In this document: positions 15,080-24,328 of the stretch, piece after piece | Layout of the letters: each line of letters begins with the position of its first letter | Numbering within the stretch: position 1 is the stretch's first letter | Assembly (NCBI GenBank): GCA_016198045.1 | Contig: JACQJI010000005.1 | Span: forward strand, 1 to 39,193 | Direction of reading: 5' to 3' | Origin: Candidatus Doudnabacteria bacterium | Lineage (GTDB): Bacteria > Patescibacteriota > Doudnabacteria > UBA920 > O2-02-FULL-48-8 | DNA length: 39,193 nucleotides | The notes under the pieces: generated by a model | The model's database searches: none | What the model was told of the DNA's origin: nothing | The model's input: the letters and a program-made list of their open reading frames with translations, nothing else | Program-made: the position numbers and the translations under genes

Positions 15080-16131
15080 TTTTGGAGCATAGCTAACTGT
15101 CGTTTATAATCTTCAGCGATCAAGGTTTCCGTGATCTTGCCCAAACCCCCGTCCAGGATGACTTGGATTTGGCTGAAGTTTGCGTTGATGCGGTGATCCG
15201 TGATGCGGTCTTGCGGGAAATTGTATGTCCTAATTTTTTCCGACCGGTCGCCGGTGCCGATTTGGGAGCGTTTTTTGTCGCGCAGCTCCCTGGATTTTTT
15301 TTCCTGTTCAACCGCCAGCACCCTGGCTCGCAGTATATTTATGGCTTTTTCTTTATTCTGGGCCTGGCTGCGCTCATCCTGAATCATTACCATAATGCCG
15401 GTGGGCAGATGCGTGGCGCGGATGGCGGAATAAGTCGTGTTTACCGATTGTCCGCCGTGCCCAGAAGAAGTGGTGGCTTCGATTTTGATATCCTTGGGAT
15501 CAATTTTAAAATCACTTTCTTCAATCTCCGGCATGACTGCCACAGTCACAGTAGAAGTATGCACCCGACCGGATTTTTCGGTTTCTGGCACGCGCTGGAC
15601 TCTGTGCACGCCTGATTCATATTTAAACTTTGAGTAAGCCCCTTGTCCCAGGATTTCAAAAATTATTTCTTTAAAGCCGCCGATTGACGTGCGATTGGAA
15701 GAGGCGATTACCACTTTGTATTTTAATCTTTCGGCATATTTGGAATACATGCGGAACAGCTCGGCGGCAAATAGCCCGGATTCGTCTCCGCCGGCACCGG
15801 CTCGGATTTCCATGATAAGGTTTTTTTCGTCATAAGGATCTTTGGGCAGCATGGCGGCCTTGATTTCCTGTTCCAATTTTTCTTTTTCCGCGATCAAAGC
15901 AGGAAGTTCAGCCAGAGCCATTTCGGACAACTCTGATTTTTCCGCTGCGAGCTTTTTGTGTTCTTTAATTTCTCTTTCTAACTTTTCCAACCTTTCAACT
16001 TTGGAAACCATAGGCAAAAGCTCAGCTTGTTTCCTGCCGAGTTCAGCCAGCTCTTTTGGGTCGGCAGTTTTACTAAGCTTGTCGAGAATCTGTTGGTATT
16101 CAGTTTTGATATTCTCAAATTGAGGCCTCAT
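15076..16131 (-). CDS. prfA: peptide chain release factor 1
   Basis: GGQ motif ([11 protein letters not shown]) and an RF1-type tripeptide region RVQRVPETE (PxT). Confidence 0.95.
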   Translation of the reverse strand: MRPQFENIKTEYQQILDKLSKTADPKELAELGRKQAELLPMVSKVERLEKLEREIKEHKKLAAEKSELSEMALAELPALIAEKEKLEQEIKAAMLPKDPYDEKNLIMEIRAGAGGDESGLFAAELFRMYSKYAERLKYKVVIASSNRTSIGGFKEIIFEILGQGAYSKFKYESGVHRVQRVPETEKSGRVHTSTVTVAVMPEIEESDFKIDPKDIKIEATTSSGHGGQSVNTTYSAIRATHLPTGIMVMIQDERSQAQNKEKAINILRARVLAVEQEKKSRELRDKKRSQIGTGDRSEKIRTYNFPQDRITDHRINANFSQIQVILDGGLGKITETLIAEDYKRQLAMLQK

Positions 16132-16188
16132 AAATGAAAAAACACGGCTAACATCAGTATAACTGACTTTTACCGTGCTTTCTAATAT

Positions 16189-16428
16189 CTAAGCAGTTGT
16201 TTTTGCTTTCTTAGGCAGCCTGGTCTTGGCCTTGGCGGCGCGGGTGCGAAATTTCTCAATGGTTCCTGCCGTGTCCATAAGCTTTTGCGTGCCGGTATAA
16301 AACGGGTGGCAGTTGGAGCAGATTTCCACGTGCATTTCCGGCAATGTGGAACCAACGGTAAATGTGTTACCGCAAGCGCAGACTACTTTGGCATTCGCGA
16401 AGTATTGTGGGTGGATGTTATTTTTCAT
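16189..16428 (-). CDS. rpmE: 50S ribosomal protein L31
   Basis: MKNNIHPQY start with C..C...[10 protein letters not shown] zinc-ribbon motifs. Confidence 0.9.
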   Translation of the reverse strand: MKNNIHPQYFANAKVVCACGNTFTVGSTLPEMHVEICSNCHPFYTGTQKLMDTAGTIEKFRTRAAKAKTRLPKKAKTTA

Positions 16429-16500
16429 CAGGTAGTAGAAATTTGATTAATGAAGCTAGTTCCCAGGTAGTTAAAAAATAGGATCAAATTTCACTACCTG
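16429..16500. mobile_element. MITE-like element with GIY-YIG-element-type terminal inverted repeats
   Basis: Left end CAGGTAGTAGAAATTTGAT (16429-16447). Right end ATCAAATTTCACTACCTG (16483-16500). No ORF. The left end directly abuts the rpmE start codon. Confidence 0.7.
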
Positions 16501-16537
16501 ATGAGTAGCCTGTAAAGAGTAGCATAAAACGGACAGG

Positions 16538-16566
16538 TTGACAAGAGGGCTGAAATTTGATACAAT
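16538..16566 (+). promoter_or_regulatory. strong sigma70-type promoter for the HTH/giant-protein operon
   Basis: TTGACA, 17 nt (ending in TGA), TACAAT. Confidence 0.6.
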
Positions 16567-16639
16567 GAGAGTGAAAGCAATACAGTATTGGCTAGAAAAA
16601 GCCATTATTGCTTGCGAAAAGCCCTCAAAACCAAGGGCG

Positions 16640-16713
16640 GCCCCTCTCTGTCACTTCGTGACGGCCCCCGGCGGCCGGTGAGGTAGGGAATTTTCTCCCC
16701 CAGTGGGGGAGAA
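16640..16713. repeat. GC-rich hairpin repeats in the 5' leader
   Basis: GTCAC-TTC-GTGAC (16650-16662) and TTCTCCCCC-AGT-GGGGGAGAA (16693-16713), the same hairpin type as in miaA and prmC. Confidence 0.65.
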
Positions 16714-16759
16714 TAAATCTCAAGTGACATTCCGAAACCAAAACTAAAAACAAAAACAA

Positions 16760-17008
16760 ATGATCAAGCTGCGCGACAGCGAAGTTTTGCTTTCTATCAA
16801 GGAAGCAACCAGTTTCACGCCGTTTACTCCGGCTTATTTGAATTTGCTTGTGCGCACCGGCAAGATCAGGGCCGTTAAGCTTGGGCGCGACTGGTTTATC
16901 ACAGCCCCCGAGCTTTTTGATTATCTAAAGAATAATCAAGCGGCAGCCGATAACAAAGCCAGGCAAATGACCAAACACATTAGCAAGCTCAAACAATATG
17001 TGGGGTAA
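16760..17008 (+). CDS. small helix-turn-helix DNA-binding protein (excisionase/MerR-like HTH_17 type)
   Basis: LLSIKEATSF...LNLLVRTGKIRAVKLGRDWFI...ELFDYL matches the excisionase-family HTH pattern. Overlaps the giant ORF by 11 nt. Confidence 0.65.
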   Translation: MIKLRDSEVLLSIKEATSFTPFTPAYLNLLVRTGKIRAVKLGRDWFITAPELFDYLKNNQAAADNKARQMTKHISKLKQYVG

Positions 17009-20000
17009 GCGAATTAAAACAATTCTCATAGCGCTTTTGGAAGCATTGATCAAAATCATTGCCTTGTTAACCATACTTCTGGTTTTGACCGCGCTTAGAT
17101 TGACCGTGATAGCTATTGGAAGCATGGTTAAATTTATCAATGCTGCGATTCCGAGGTTAAGACTGGGGTTAGTAAAGGCAGTAAGGGGAATAAGGGGAGT
17201 AAGGTGGATCGTGGGGCGGGGAGTAAAAGGGGCGATAAGATTTATAGGGTTTATTAAGAATAATAAGAACAATAAGATTCTTCTTTCACTGATCAATTCC
17301 GCAAAGAGAGTTTTTGCTCTGGCAAGACCGTATTTCAGGCAAGCAATTTCGACCGTAATCATTATTAGCTTAGTCGTGACCAGCTTGGTGTTTTATAAGC
17401 CGCAAACCGTGCAGGGCGCTAACTACACATTTTTCCAGACTGACTGGGCGGGCTTGGAAGACGGCGGCACCAGGCCGGTGCATCCGACCAACCAGACTGG
17501 ATGGAATAAGTATGACGCCAAGGATTCGGCAGTGACCACTCCTTCAGGCTCAATCAGCTTAAGCGCCACCTCCAGCTCCACTACCCAAACTTCGGACACG
17601 GACTTTAACGCCGGCACGCTTTCGTCAACCGCGGTCAGCGGCAGCGGCAGCGGAGCGTCTGTGATTTTGGCAAGCAATGGATCAACCTGGGGATCTGAAT
17701 CAAACATAGATACCACTGGTGATGTTGGGTCATATCCTTCCATTGCCGCTGTGAACAGCAATACGCTCTATATTAGTTATATTGATGTTACCAATGCTGG
17801 CCTCAAATTCGCCAAGTCCACTGACGGCGGCAGCAACTGGACTCTGTCCACGGTTGGTACTGCTAGCACCCAATATACCTCCATTGTTGCTCCTGACGCA
17901 AATACAATTTTTATCAGTTATTACACTGGCGACCTCAAATTCGCCAAGTCCACTGACGGCGGCAGCAACTGGACTCTGTCCACGGTTGATAGCGCAGCTG
18001 ATGAGGGTTTATATAGTTCAATTGACAGTGTGGGCACTAGCACAATTTTCATCAGCTATCACGACCTGACCAATGGCGACCTCAAATTCGCCAAGTCCAC
18101 TGACGGCGGCAGCAACTGGACCGCTTCCATAGTTGATTCCACTGGGACTGTTACCGGCGTAGATACCTCAATTGATGCTGTGGATGAGAATACCATCTAT
18201 ATCAGTTATCGCAATGACACTGCCTCTGACCTCAAATTCGCCAAGTCCACTGACGGCGGCAGCAACTGGACTCTTGCGACATTAAATTCAGGCAATATTA
18301 GCGAACAAAGCACATCGATCGTGGCAATAGACGCAAACACAATTTATGTCAGTTACTATGAAGCCACTGGCGATGACGTGGAAGTTGCCAAGTCCACTGA
18401 CGGCGGCAGCAACTGGACTATACAACTTGCTGATTCTGAAGCTGGTACAGGAGCATACTCCTCGATCACTGCTGTGGATGCCAATAATCTATTTATTAGC
18501 TATTATCGGGAAGGCGGAACTAATGATGATTATTTAGCGGCAATTCAGACCACTAACGGCGGCAGCAATTGGTCAACAACTTTGCTAAGTGACGGCACCA
18601 ATTTTGCCGGCCTTTATAATTCAATCCAAGCTGTTGATGTTAATAATGTCTTTATTGCTTCCTATAGTAATGGTTCCGTAGACAACTTAAGATTTGTTAA
18701 AAGAATCCCCACGTATCCTTCCTCCGGCACTTACACTTCCGCGTCCATTGATACCGGGCAGAATTCCGACTATACCACCATTGCCTGGACTGAAACCCTG
18801 CCCGCCAACACGGACATTACCTTTAAGCTGGCGCACTCAACCGACGGCTCAAGCTTTTCCTCGTTTTTGGGCCCGGACGGCACTACCGGCACCTCGTTCA
18901 CCACCAGCGGGGGAGAGAATATCCCCTCGGACTTTGACGGCAAACGCTACATCAAGATTCAAGCCACGCTGACCACATCGGACGCCACTGCCTACCCAAC
19001 CCTTTCCGACGTTACCATCAATTTCCAATATTATGCCGCCTCTTCCACCCTGACTTTTTCCGGATACAACGCATCGGACGCGACCAATGCCGTGTCCAAA
19101 CTGCAATGGAGCGAAACGCTTGCCTCTGGCACTGATATAAAGTTTCAGGTCAGAACCGCCGCCACCAGCGGGAGCAATCCCGGCACCTGGTCTAATTTCT
19201 GCGGTCCGGATAACGCGGCTGCCGGCTGTTCCACGACCACATACTTTACTGATCCTGCCGGGGGAGAGACAGTGGATGCCGATTTCCGAGACGGCTCCAA
19301 CGACCAGTGGGTGCAGGTTAAAGTCTTTATGACTTCGGACGGCCTGAACGCTCCGACACTTTCGGATTTCACTTTGACTTATGTGGTCAACGCTCCTCCT
19401 GCGTTTGACACAACCGATGTGGCCACTGCTTCCCAAAACACGGACACCACGGTAACTGTCAGCTATACCATCAAAGATACGGATACAGCCTCGGGAGCCA
19501 CCACACCAAATTTTGTGACTCCCAGCTTTGAATATTCCACAGACGGCGGATCCAATTATTCTTCCATTCCCGCAGCCAGGATAACTTATGGTTCAGCGCC
19601 AGTCGGGGGGCAGGTAACTGACACCAACAGCGACGGCAACACTGACAACAAAGTTTTGGCAGGCAGCTTTCTGACTTACACCGCCATCTGGGACGCCAAA
19701 ACGCATCTGGGCGCCACTATTTACGAAACCGATGCCAGGGTCAGGGTGACAATCAATGACAACGAAGGCACCAATAACACGGCCCAGCAAGCCACGGCCA
19801 ACTTTACCCTGGATACCAAAAACCCGGTTCCCGGCACGCCCACCGGCGGGGGCACTGGCGCCAACATCAATCAAAACGCCGCCACCTCCTTAAGCAACCA
19901 AAAAACCAGCACCACGGCCGTGACTCTGACCATTTCTTCCGCTGACGATTCGAGCCAGCAGATGATCATTTCCGAAAGCTCGTCATTCACCGGCGCTTCT

Positions 20001-23000
20001 TACGAGGCCTATGCCGCTTCCAAGTCGTTCACGCTTTCTTCCGGCGACGGCACCAAAACCGTTTACATCAAATTCAAAGATGCCGTGGGCAATGTTTCGG
20101 ATTCCAATTCCGACACTGTTACGCTGGACACCACGGCTCCGGCTGCCCCGGGCAACACATTAATCCAGGAAATTTCCAACAGCGCGACGTCCGAATACCG
20201 CATGTTCTTTACCTGGGGAGTCAGCAGTGAATCGGATTGGGTTAAATACGAAGTCTACCGCTCAACCAACGGCACGGACTATTCGCTGCTGTCCACCATT
20301 ACCAACATCAACACCAATTACGTGGTGGATACCGGGCTGACTTCCGGGACCATTTATTATTACAAAGTCCGGGCAGTGGATGACATATCCAACAACTCCT
20401 CATACAGTTCGGTAAAATCCCTGACCGCGGGCGGCAACCCAGCGGACGCCGTAGCCCCGACAATTACCTCCGTGGCATCAGGAACCGAGACCACTTCTTC
20501 GGCCACGATTACTTGGACCACCAACGAAGTGGCTGATTCCACCGTGCAGTATTCCATTGACGGATCCTACGGCTCCAGCCAAGGATTAACCGGCTATCGC
20601 ACTTCCCATTCCGTGCGACTGGTTGGTTTGAGCGCCGGCACGACATACAATTATCGGGTCCGCAGCTGCGACGCGTCCAGTAATTGCACCACTTCTTCTT
20701 CCAGCACGTTTAGCACCTCCAGCGCGGACGCCACAGGCCCGACTATTTCTGCCATTTCCGCAGGCACTCCTTCCACCAAATCAGCCACGATCACCTGGAC
20801 TACGAATGAGGCGTCGTCCAGCTTCGTGGAATACTCCACGACCAATGGTTTTTCCTCTGGCACGCTTTATGGCGTTTACGATTCTGTCACCTCGCACTCC
20901 GTGGTTTTGCCGGCTGTGCTTTCTGCTGGGACTACTTATTACTACAAGGTTAGGTCAAAAGATGCCTCTGGCAACGAAACCACTTCTGCCCAGAATTCCT
21001 TTGCCACGGCAGCCGATCCCTCTGACAGCACTGCTCCGACTATTTCTTCAATCAGCACTTCCGGTGTAGCTTACAATACTGCCACTGTCACTTGGACCAC
21101 CAACGAAACCGCCACCAGTTTTGTGGAATTCGGCCAAACCAGTTCTTACGGACGGGTAGCTGGCAATTACACCCTGGCCACTTCTCATTCAGTCAGCCTG
21201 CCGCTTGATCTTGCAGCCGCCACCGCTTACAACTTCCGGGTCAGGAGCGCTGACGCATCCGGCAACGAAGCGGTTTCCTCAAACAGCACTTTCACCACTT
21301 CCGCTTCGCCCAATGACTCAACAGCGCCGACCATTTCTTCCGTCAGTTCGGCAACGCCGACTGCAACATCAGTGATTATTACTTGGACTACCAATGAAGT
21401 GGCGGACTCATTCGTGGAATATTCCGAAGGCAATGCCACTTACACGCTGTCGCAAGGCAATGGCAGCATGGTGACTTCGCACAGTGTGACTTTGGTGGGC
21501 CTGACTCCTTCCAAGCAGTATTATTACCGCGTAAAATCCGCAGACCCTTCCGGCAACATCCGCCGGGATGATAATTCCGGCTCTGGCTACACTTTCTCCA
21601 CCGCCGGATCCAGCTCATCTCCGCCGGTGATTTCCAATATCCAAATTAGCGGAGTAACTTCCAACACCGCCGCGATTACCTGGACCACGGATAAGGCTTC
21701 GGATTCGTTTGTGGAGTTTGGCTTTGATACCACTTACGGCCGGGTAGCAGGGGCATTTAATTCCGTAACTTCCCATTCCGTCAACTTGCCGCAGGATTTA
21801 CTGGGGGATGTGACTTATCATTTCCGCGTGCGCTCCAAGGATTCGGACAACAACTTGGCAGTTTCGGAAGACCAGACTTTTACCACCAATCCTTCCAGCG
21901 CCGTGACCACAGCCGAGGACTCCACCGCGCCCACTGTTTCGTCGGTAACCGCCAGCCTAACCGCTTATGACCAGGTCATGATCACCTGGACCACCAATGA
22001 AGCGGCGACTTCGCAGGTTGATTATGGCCTGACCAACAGCTATGGCTCCACCACCACGCTGGACAGCACGCTGACTGTCCAGCACGCGGTCAAAATTTCT
22101 TCGCTGTCCGCTTCCACCGCCTATTATTTCCGAGTCAAATCCAAAGACGGCAACAACAACGAAACCACGGATGACAATTCGGGGGCAGGGTATACGTTTA
22201 CCACGCCGGCCAACAAAGCCGACACCACGGGTCCCATTGTTTCCTTGGTTACTGCCGGTACGCTTAGCCAAAGTGGAGCAGTGATTAGTTGGACCACGAA
22301 TGAAAGCGCCAGCTCTACGGTGGAATATGGCACTACCACTTCCTTGGGTTCGGTGGCAGGCAGCGCTTCGGAATCAGTCACTTCGCACTCCGTCACTCTC
22401 TCCGGGCTTTCCCAAAACACGCTTTATTATTACCGCGTGATTACCACTGACTCTTCCGGCAACACGACCACCGACAACAACTCGGGCAATTATTACACCT
22501 TTACTACCTCGGCTGATACGACTGCCCCAATTATCACCAGCGTTTCGGCCAGCGTGATTGGAGAGACTTCGGTGGCGATTTTTTGGACCACCAACGAAGC
22601 CGCGACCTCGCAGGTTGATTACGGATCAACCAACAGTTATGGCTCTTCCACTACCCTGGATAGCACCCTGGTGACTTCGCATGCTGTAACTTTCAGCGGT
22701 CTTAACGCGGGCGCTACTTATTATTACCGAGTCAAATCCAAAGATGCGGCTGACAATTTAACAACGGATGATAATTCCGGAGCGGGCTATTCGTTTAGAA
22801 CCATTACACTCACCTCGGGGGGCGGAGGAGGAGGGACTGCCGACACTACTGCGCCAGTCATCAGCAAGGTTATAGTTACCGATATTACCGAAAACTCAGC
22901 AGTGATTAAGTGGGAGGTTTCTGAGGTCAGCAACAACAAACTTAAGTACGGCAAACTTTCCAATTACAACAAAGAATACAGCCCTTCCGGAACCGATAAT

Positions 23001-24326
23001 TTCAGCGTTGCCTTAACCGGTTTGGACCCGGCAACCATATATCATTTTCAAATTGTTGCCACAGATGTGATTGGCAATATCGGCAGAACAGAAGATAAGA
23101 CCTTTGGCACTTTGGGAGCTGGAGAAATACCAAAGCCAACTGAAAAGCAGAAAGAAGCGCCAGAAGTTAGCAAAGAAGAAGAGGTCAAAATTCAGTCCAT
23201 TATTGCCCAGACAGAAGAAGTCGGGGTCTCTAAACTGGTTTATAAGGCGTCAGCCGCTTTCTTAAGCCAGATTTTGGGGGCGCTGGCCAGCAATCCTGCC
23301 ATTGAAGAGGTTGAAGAAAGCAAATTCATTGAGTCAATTCAGGAAATAGCGCCAAAAATAGTGGCCGCGCCGGTGATCTCCGGCTCTGACCTGTCGGTGG
23401 AAGTGGGGCCGACTTGGGCCAAGGTTTCCTGGACCACGGATAAGAAAGCCGGTTCGCTGGTAGCCTTTGCTCCGGCCACTGACTATGACTCTTCCAAGGA
23501 AACCCCTTATTTGTACAAGCTTGGCGATCCGGAAGAAAACACAACCAGGCACCAGGTTTATTTGCCTAACTTAACTCCGCAAACGATTTATCATTATCAG
23601 GTTATGTCCAAATCAAGCTTGGGAGAGTGGGCCAAGTCAGCAGACCGGACTTTCCAAACCCTGGCTCTGACTTCGGAAGTGGAAGGGTTTAAATTCACCG
23701 GCATCCGGGAAACCGAAGCCGCGATTGAATGGGAAACGCAGCTGCCGACCAAAACCATCATTGACGTCGTTGATTCCAAAACCGGAGCAACCAAGACTTA
23801 TGAGGAGCCAAGCTACTTGCTTGATCACCAGTTCACAATCAGCGGGCTTGTCCCGGCCACGTCTTATAGCGCCAGGATCGTGGCGATTGACGAATCCGGC
23901 AACCGCTCGGCAGCCAATGTTTTCCCGTTCTCCACTTTTATTTCTCTCAATCCGCCGGAAATCACGCGCGTGCGAGCCAATACCTCGTTGATTCCGGGCA
24001 AAATTGAAAAAATCCAAACCATCATTACCTGGGCCACCAACAAACCGGCCAGTTCCAGAGTTTTGTATGATGAGACATTAAGCGGCGAGCTGAAATTATC
24101 AACCCCGCTGGATGCCAATCTGGTCATGGATCACGCGGTGATTACCACGGCGTTCAAACCAGGAAGAGTTTATCGCTTCCGGGCGGAGTCAACTGACGCC
24201 GCAGGCAACGCCAGCTTTTCCCAAGATTTTACCCTGCTGACTCCCAGGCCGAAAGAAACTGTGATTGACTTAATCTTTAAGAACTTTGAGCAGACCTTTG
24301 GCTTCTTAAAGAAGGTGGGATTCTAA
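16998..24326 (+). CDS. giant (2442 aa) membrane-anchored surface protein: BNR/Asp-box beta-propeller plus about a dozen Fn3-like domains
   Basis: N-terminal TM segments. Six SxDxGxxW (KSTDGGSNW) blades. About 12 repeats of the pattern APTISSV...ITWTTNE..S.VEYG...TSHSV.L..L...T.YYYRV.S.D..GN. Confidence 0.85.
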   Translation: MWGKRIKTILIALLEALIKIIALLTILLVLTALRLTVIAIGSMVKFINAAIPRLRLGLVKAVRGIRGVRWIVGRGVKGAIRFIGFIKNNKNNKILLSLINSAKRVFALARPYFRQAISTVIIISLVVTSLVFYKPQTVQGANYTFFQTDWAGLEDGGTRPVHPTNQTGWNKYDAKDSAVTTPSGSISLSATSSSTTQTSDTDFNAGTLSSTAVSGSGSGASVILASNGSTWGSESNIDTTGDVGSYPSIAAVNSNTLYISYIDVTNAGLKFAKSTDGGSNWTLSTVGTASTQYTSIVAPDANTIFISYYTGDLKFAKSTDGGSNWTLSTVDSAADEGLYSSIDSVGTSTIFISYHDLTNGDLKFAKSTDGGSNWTASIVDSTGTVTGVDTSIDAVDENTIYISYRNDTASDLKFAKSTDGGSNWTLATLNSGNISEQSTSIVAIDANTIYVSYYEATGDDVEVAKSTDGGSNWTIQLADSEAGTGAYSSITAVDANNLFISYYREGGTNDDYLAAIQTTNGGSNWSTTLLSDGTNFAGLYNSIQAVDVNNVFIASYSNGSVDNLRFVKRIPTYPSSGTYTSASIDTGQNSDYTTIAWTETLPANTDITFKLAHSTDGSSFSSFLGPDGTTGTSFTTSGGENIPSDFDGKRYIKIQATLTTSDATAYPTLSDVTINFQYYAASSTLTFSGYNASDATNAVSKLQWSETLASGTDIKFQVRTAATSGSNPGTWSNFCGPDNAAAGCSTTTYFTDPAGGETVDADFRDGSNDQWVQVKVFMTSDGLNAPTLSDFTLTYVVNAPPAFDTTDVATASQNTDTTVTVSYTIKDTDTASGATTPNFVTPSFEYSTDGGSNYSSIPAARITYGSAPVGGQVTDTNSDGNTDNKVLAGSFLTYTAIWDAKTHLGATIYETDARVRVTINDNEGTNNTAQQATANFTLDTKNPVPGTPTGGGTGANINQNAATSLSNQKTSTTAVTLTISSADDSSQQMIISESSSFTGASYEAYAASKSFTLSSGDGTKTVYIKFKDAVGNVSDSNSDTVTLDTTAPAAPGNTLIQEISNSATSEYRMFFTWGVSSESDWVKYEVYRSTNGTDYSLLSTITNINTNYVVDTGLTSGTIYYYKVRAVDDISNNSSYSSVKSLTAGGNPADAVAPTITSVASGTETTSSATITWTTNEVADSTVQYSIDGSYGSSQGLTGYRTSHSVRLVGLSAGTTYNYRVRSCDASSNCTTSSSSTFSTSSADATGPTISAISAGTPSTKSATITWTTNEASSSFVEYSTTNGFSSGTLYGVYDSVTSHSVVLPAVLSAGTTYYYKVRSKDASGNETTSAQNSFATAADPSDSTAPTISSISTSGVAYNTATVTWTTNETATSFVEFGQTSSYGRVAGNYTLATSHSVSLPLDLAAATAYNFRVRSADASGNEAVSSNSTFTTSASPNDSTAPTISSVSSATPTATSVIITWTTNEVADSFVEYSEGNATYTLSQGNGSMVTSHSVTLVGLTPSKQYYYRVKSADPSGNIRRDDNSGSGYTFSTAGSSSSPPVISNIQISGVTSNTAAITWTTDKASDSFVEFGFDTTYGRVAGAFNSVTSHSVNLPQDLLGDVTYHFRVRSKDSDNNLAVSEDQTFTTNPSSAVTTAEDSTAPTVSSVTASLTAYDQVMITWTTNEAATSQVDYGLTNSYGSTTTLDSTLTVQHAVKISSLSASTAYYFRVKSKDGNNNETTDDNSGAGYTFTTPANKADTTGPIVSLVTAGTLSQSGAVISWTTNESASSTVEYGTTTSLGSVAGSASESVTSHSVTLSGLSQNTLYYYRVITTDSSGNTTTDNNSGNYYTFTTSADTTAPIITSVSASVIGETSVAIFWTTNEAATSQVDYGSTNSYGSSTTLDSTLVTSHAVTFSGLNAGATYYYRVKSKDAADNLTTDDNSGAGYSFRTITLTSGGGGGGTADTTAPVISKVIVTDITENSAVIKWEVSEVSNNKLKYGKLSNYNKEYSPSGTDNFSVALTGLDPATIYHFQIVATDVIGNIGRTEDKTFGTLGAGEIPKPTEKQKEAPEVSKEEEVKIQSIIAQTEEVGVSKLVYKASAAFLSQILGALASNPAIEEVEESKFIESIQEIAPKIVAAPVISGSDLSVEVGPTWAKVSWTTDKKAGSLVAFAPATDYDSSKETPYLYKLGDPEENTTRHQVYLPNLTPQTIYHYQVMSKSSLGEWAKSADRTFQTLALTSEVEGFKFTGIRETEAAIEWETQLPTKTIIDVVDSKTGATKTYEEPSYLLDHQFTISGLVPATSYSARIVAIDESGNRSAANVFPFSTFISLNPPEITRVRANTSLIPGKIEKIQTIITWATNKPASSRVLYDETLSGELKLSTPLDANLVMDHAVITTAFKPGRVYRFRAESTDAAGNASFSQDFTLLTPRPKETVIDLIFKNFEQTFGFLKKVGF
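17801..18418 (+). repeat. near-identical intragenic DNA repeats encoding the BNR blades
   Basis: The 56-nt string CCTCAAATTCGCCAAGTCCACTGACGGCGGCAGCAACTGGACTCTGTCCACGGTTG is identical at 17801 and 17933. 42-nt identical copies start at 18080 and 18230, and a 32-nt copy at 18387. Confidence 0.9.
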
Positions 24327-24328
24327 AT

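Noticed and set aside
16760-17008. The excisionase-type HTH as a marker of a prophage or integrative element.
   Set aside because: No integrase, recombinase, phage structural genes or att-like direct repeats occur in the neighbourhood. The gene is translationally coupled to the giant surface protein instead.
17801-18600. Regularly spaced identical ~42-56-nt repeats could look like a CRISPR array.
   Set aside because: They lie inside a continuous 7.3-kb ORF, encode the Asp-box motif KSTDGGSNW, have a spacing of 132-157 nt with homologous 'spacers', and are not palindromic. They are coding domain repeats.
17423-24127. Many antisense and alternative-frame ORFs (60-195 aa) within the giant gene, and similar ones inside dnaE, the kinase gene and the ABC genes.
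   Set aside because: All are nested in long ORFs with clear domain signatures. They are products of compositional bias and repeat structure.
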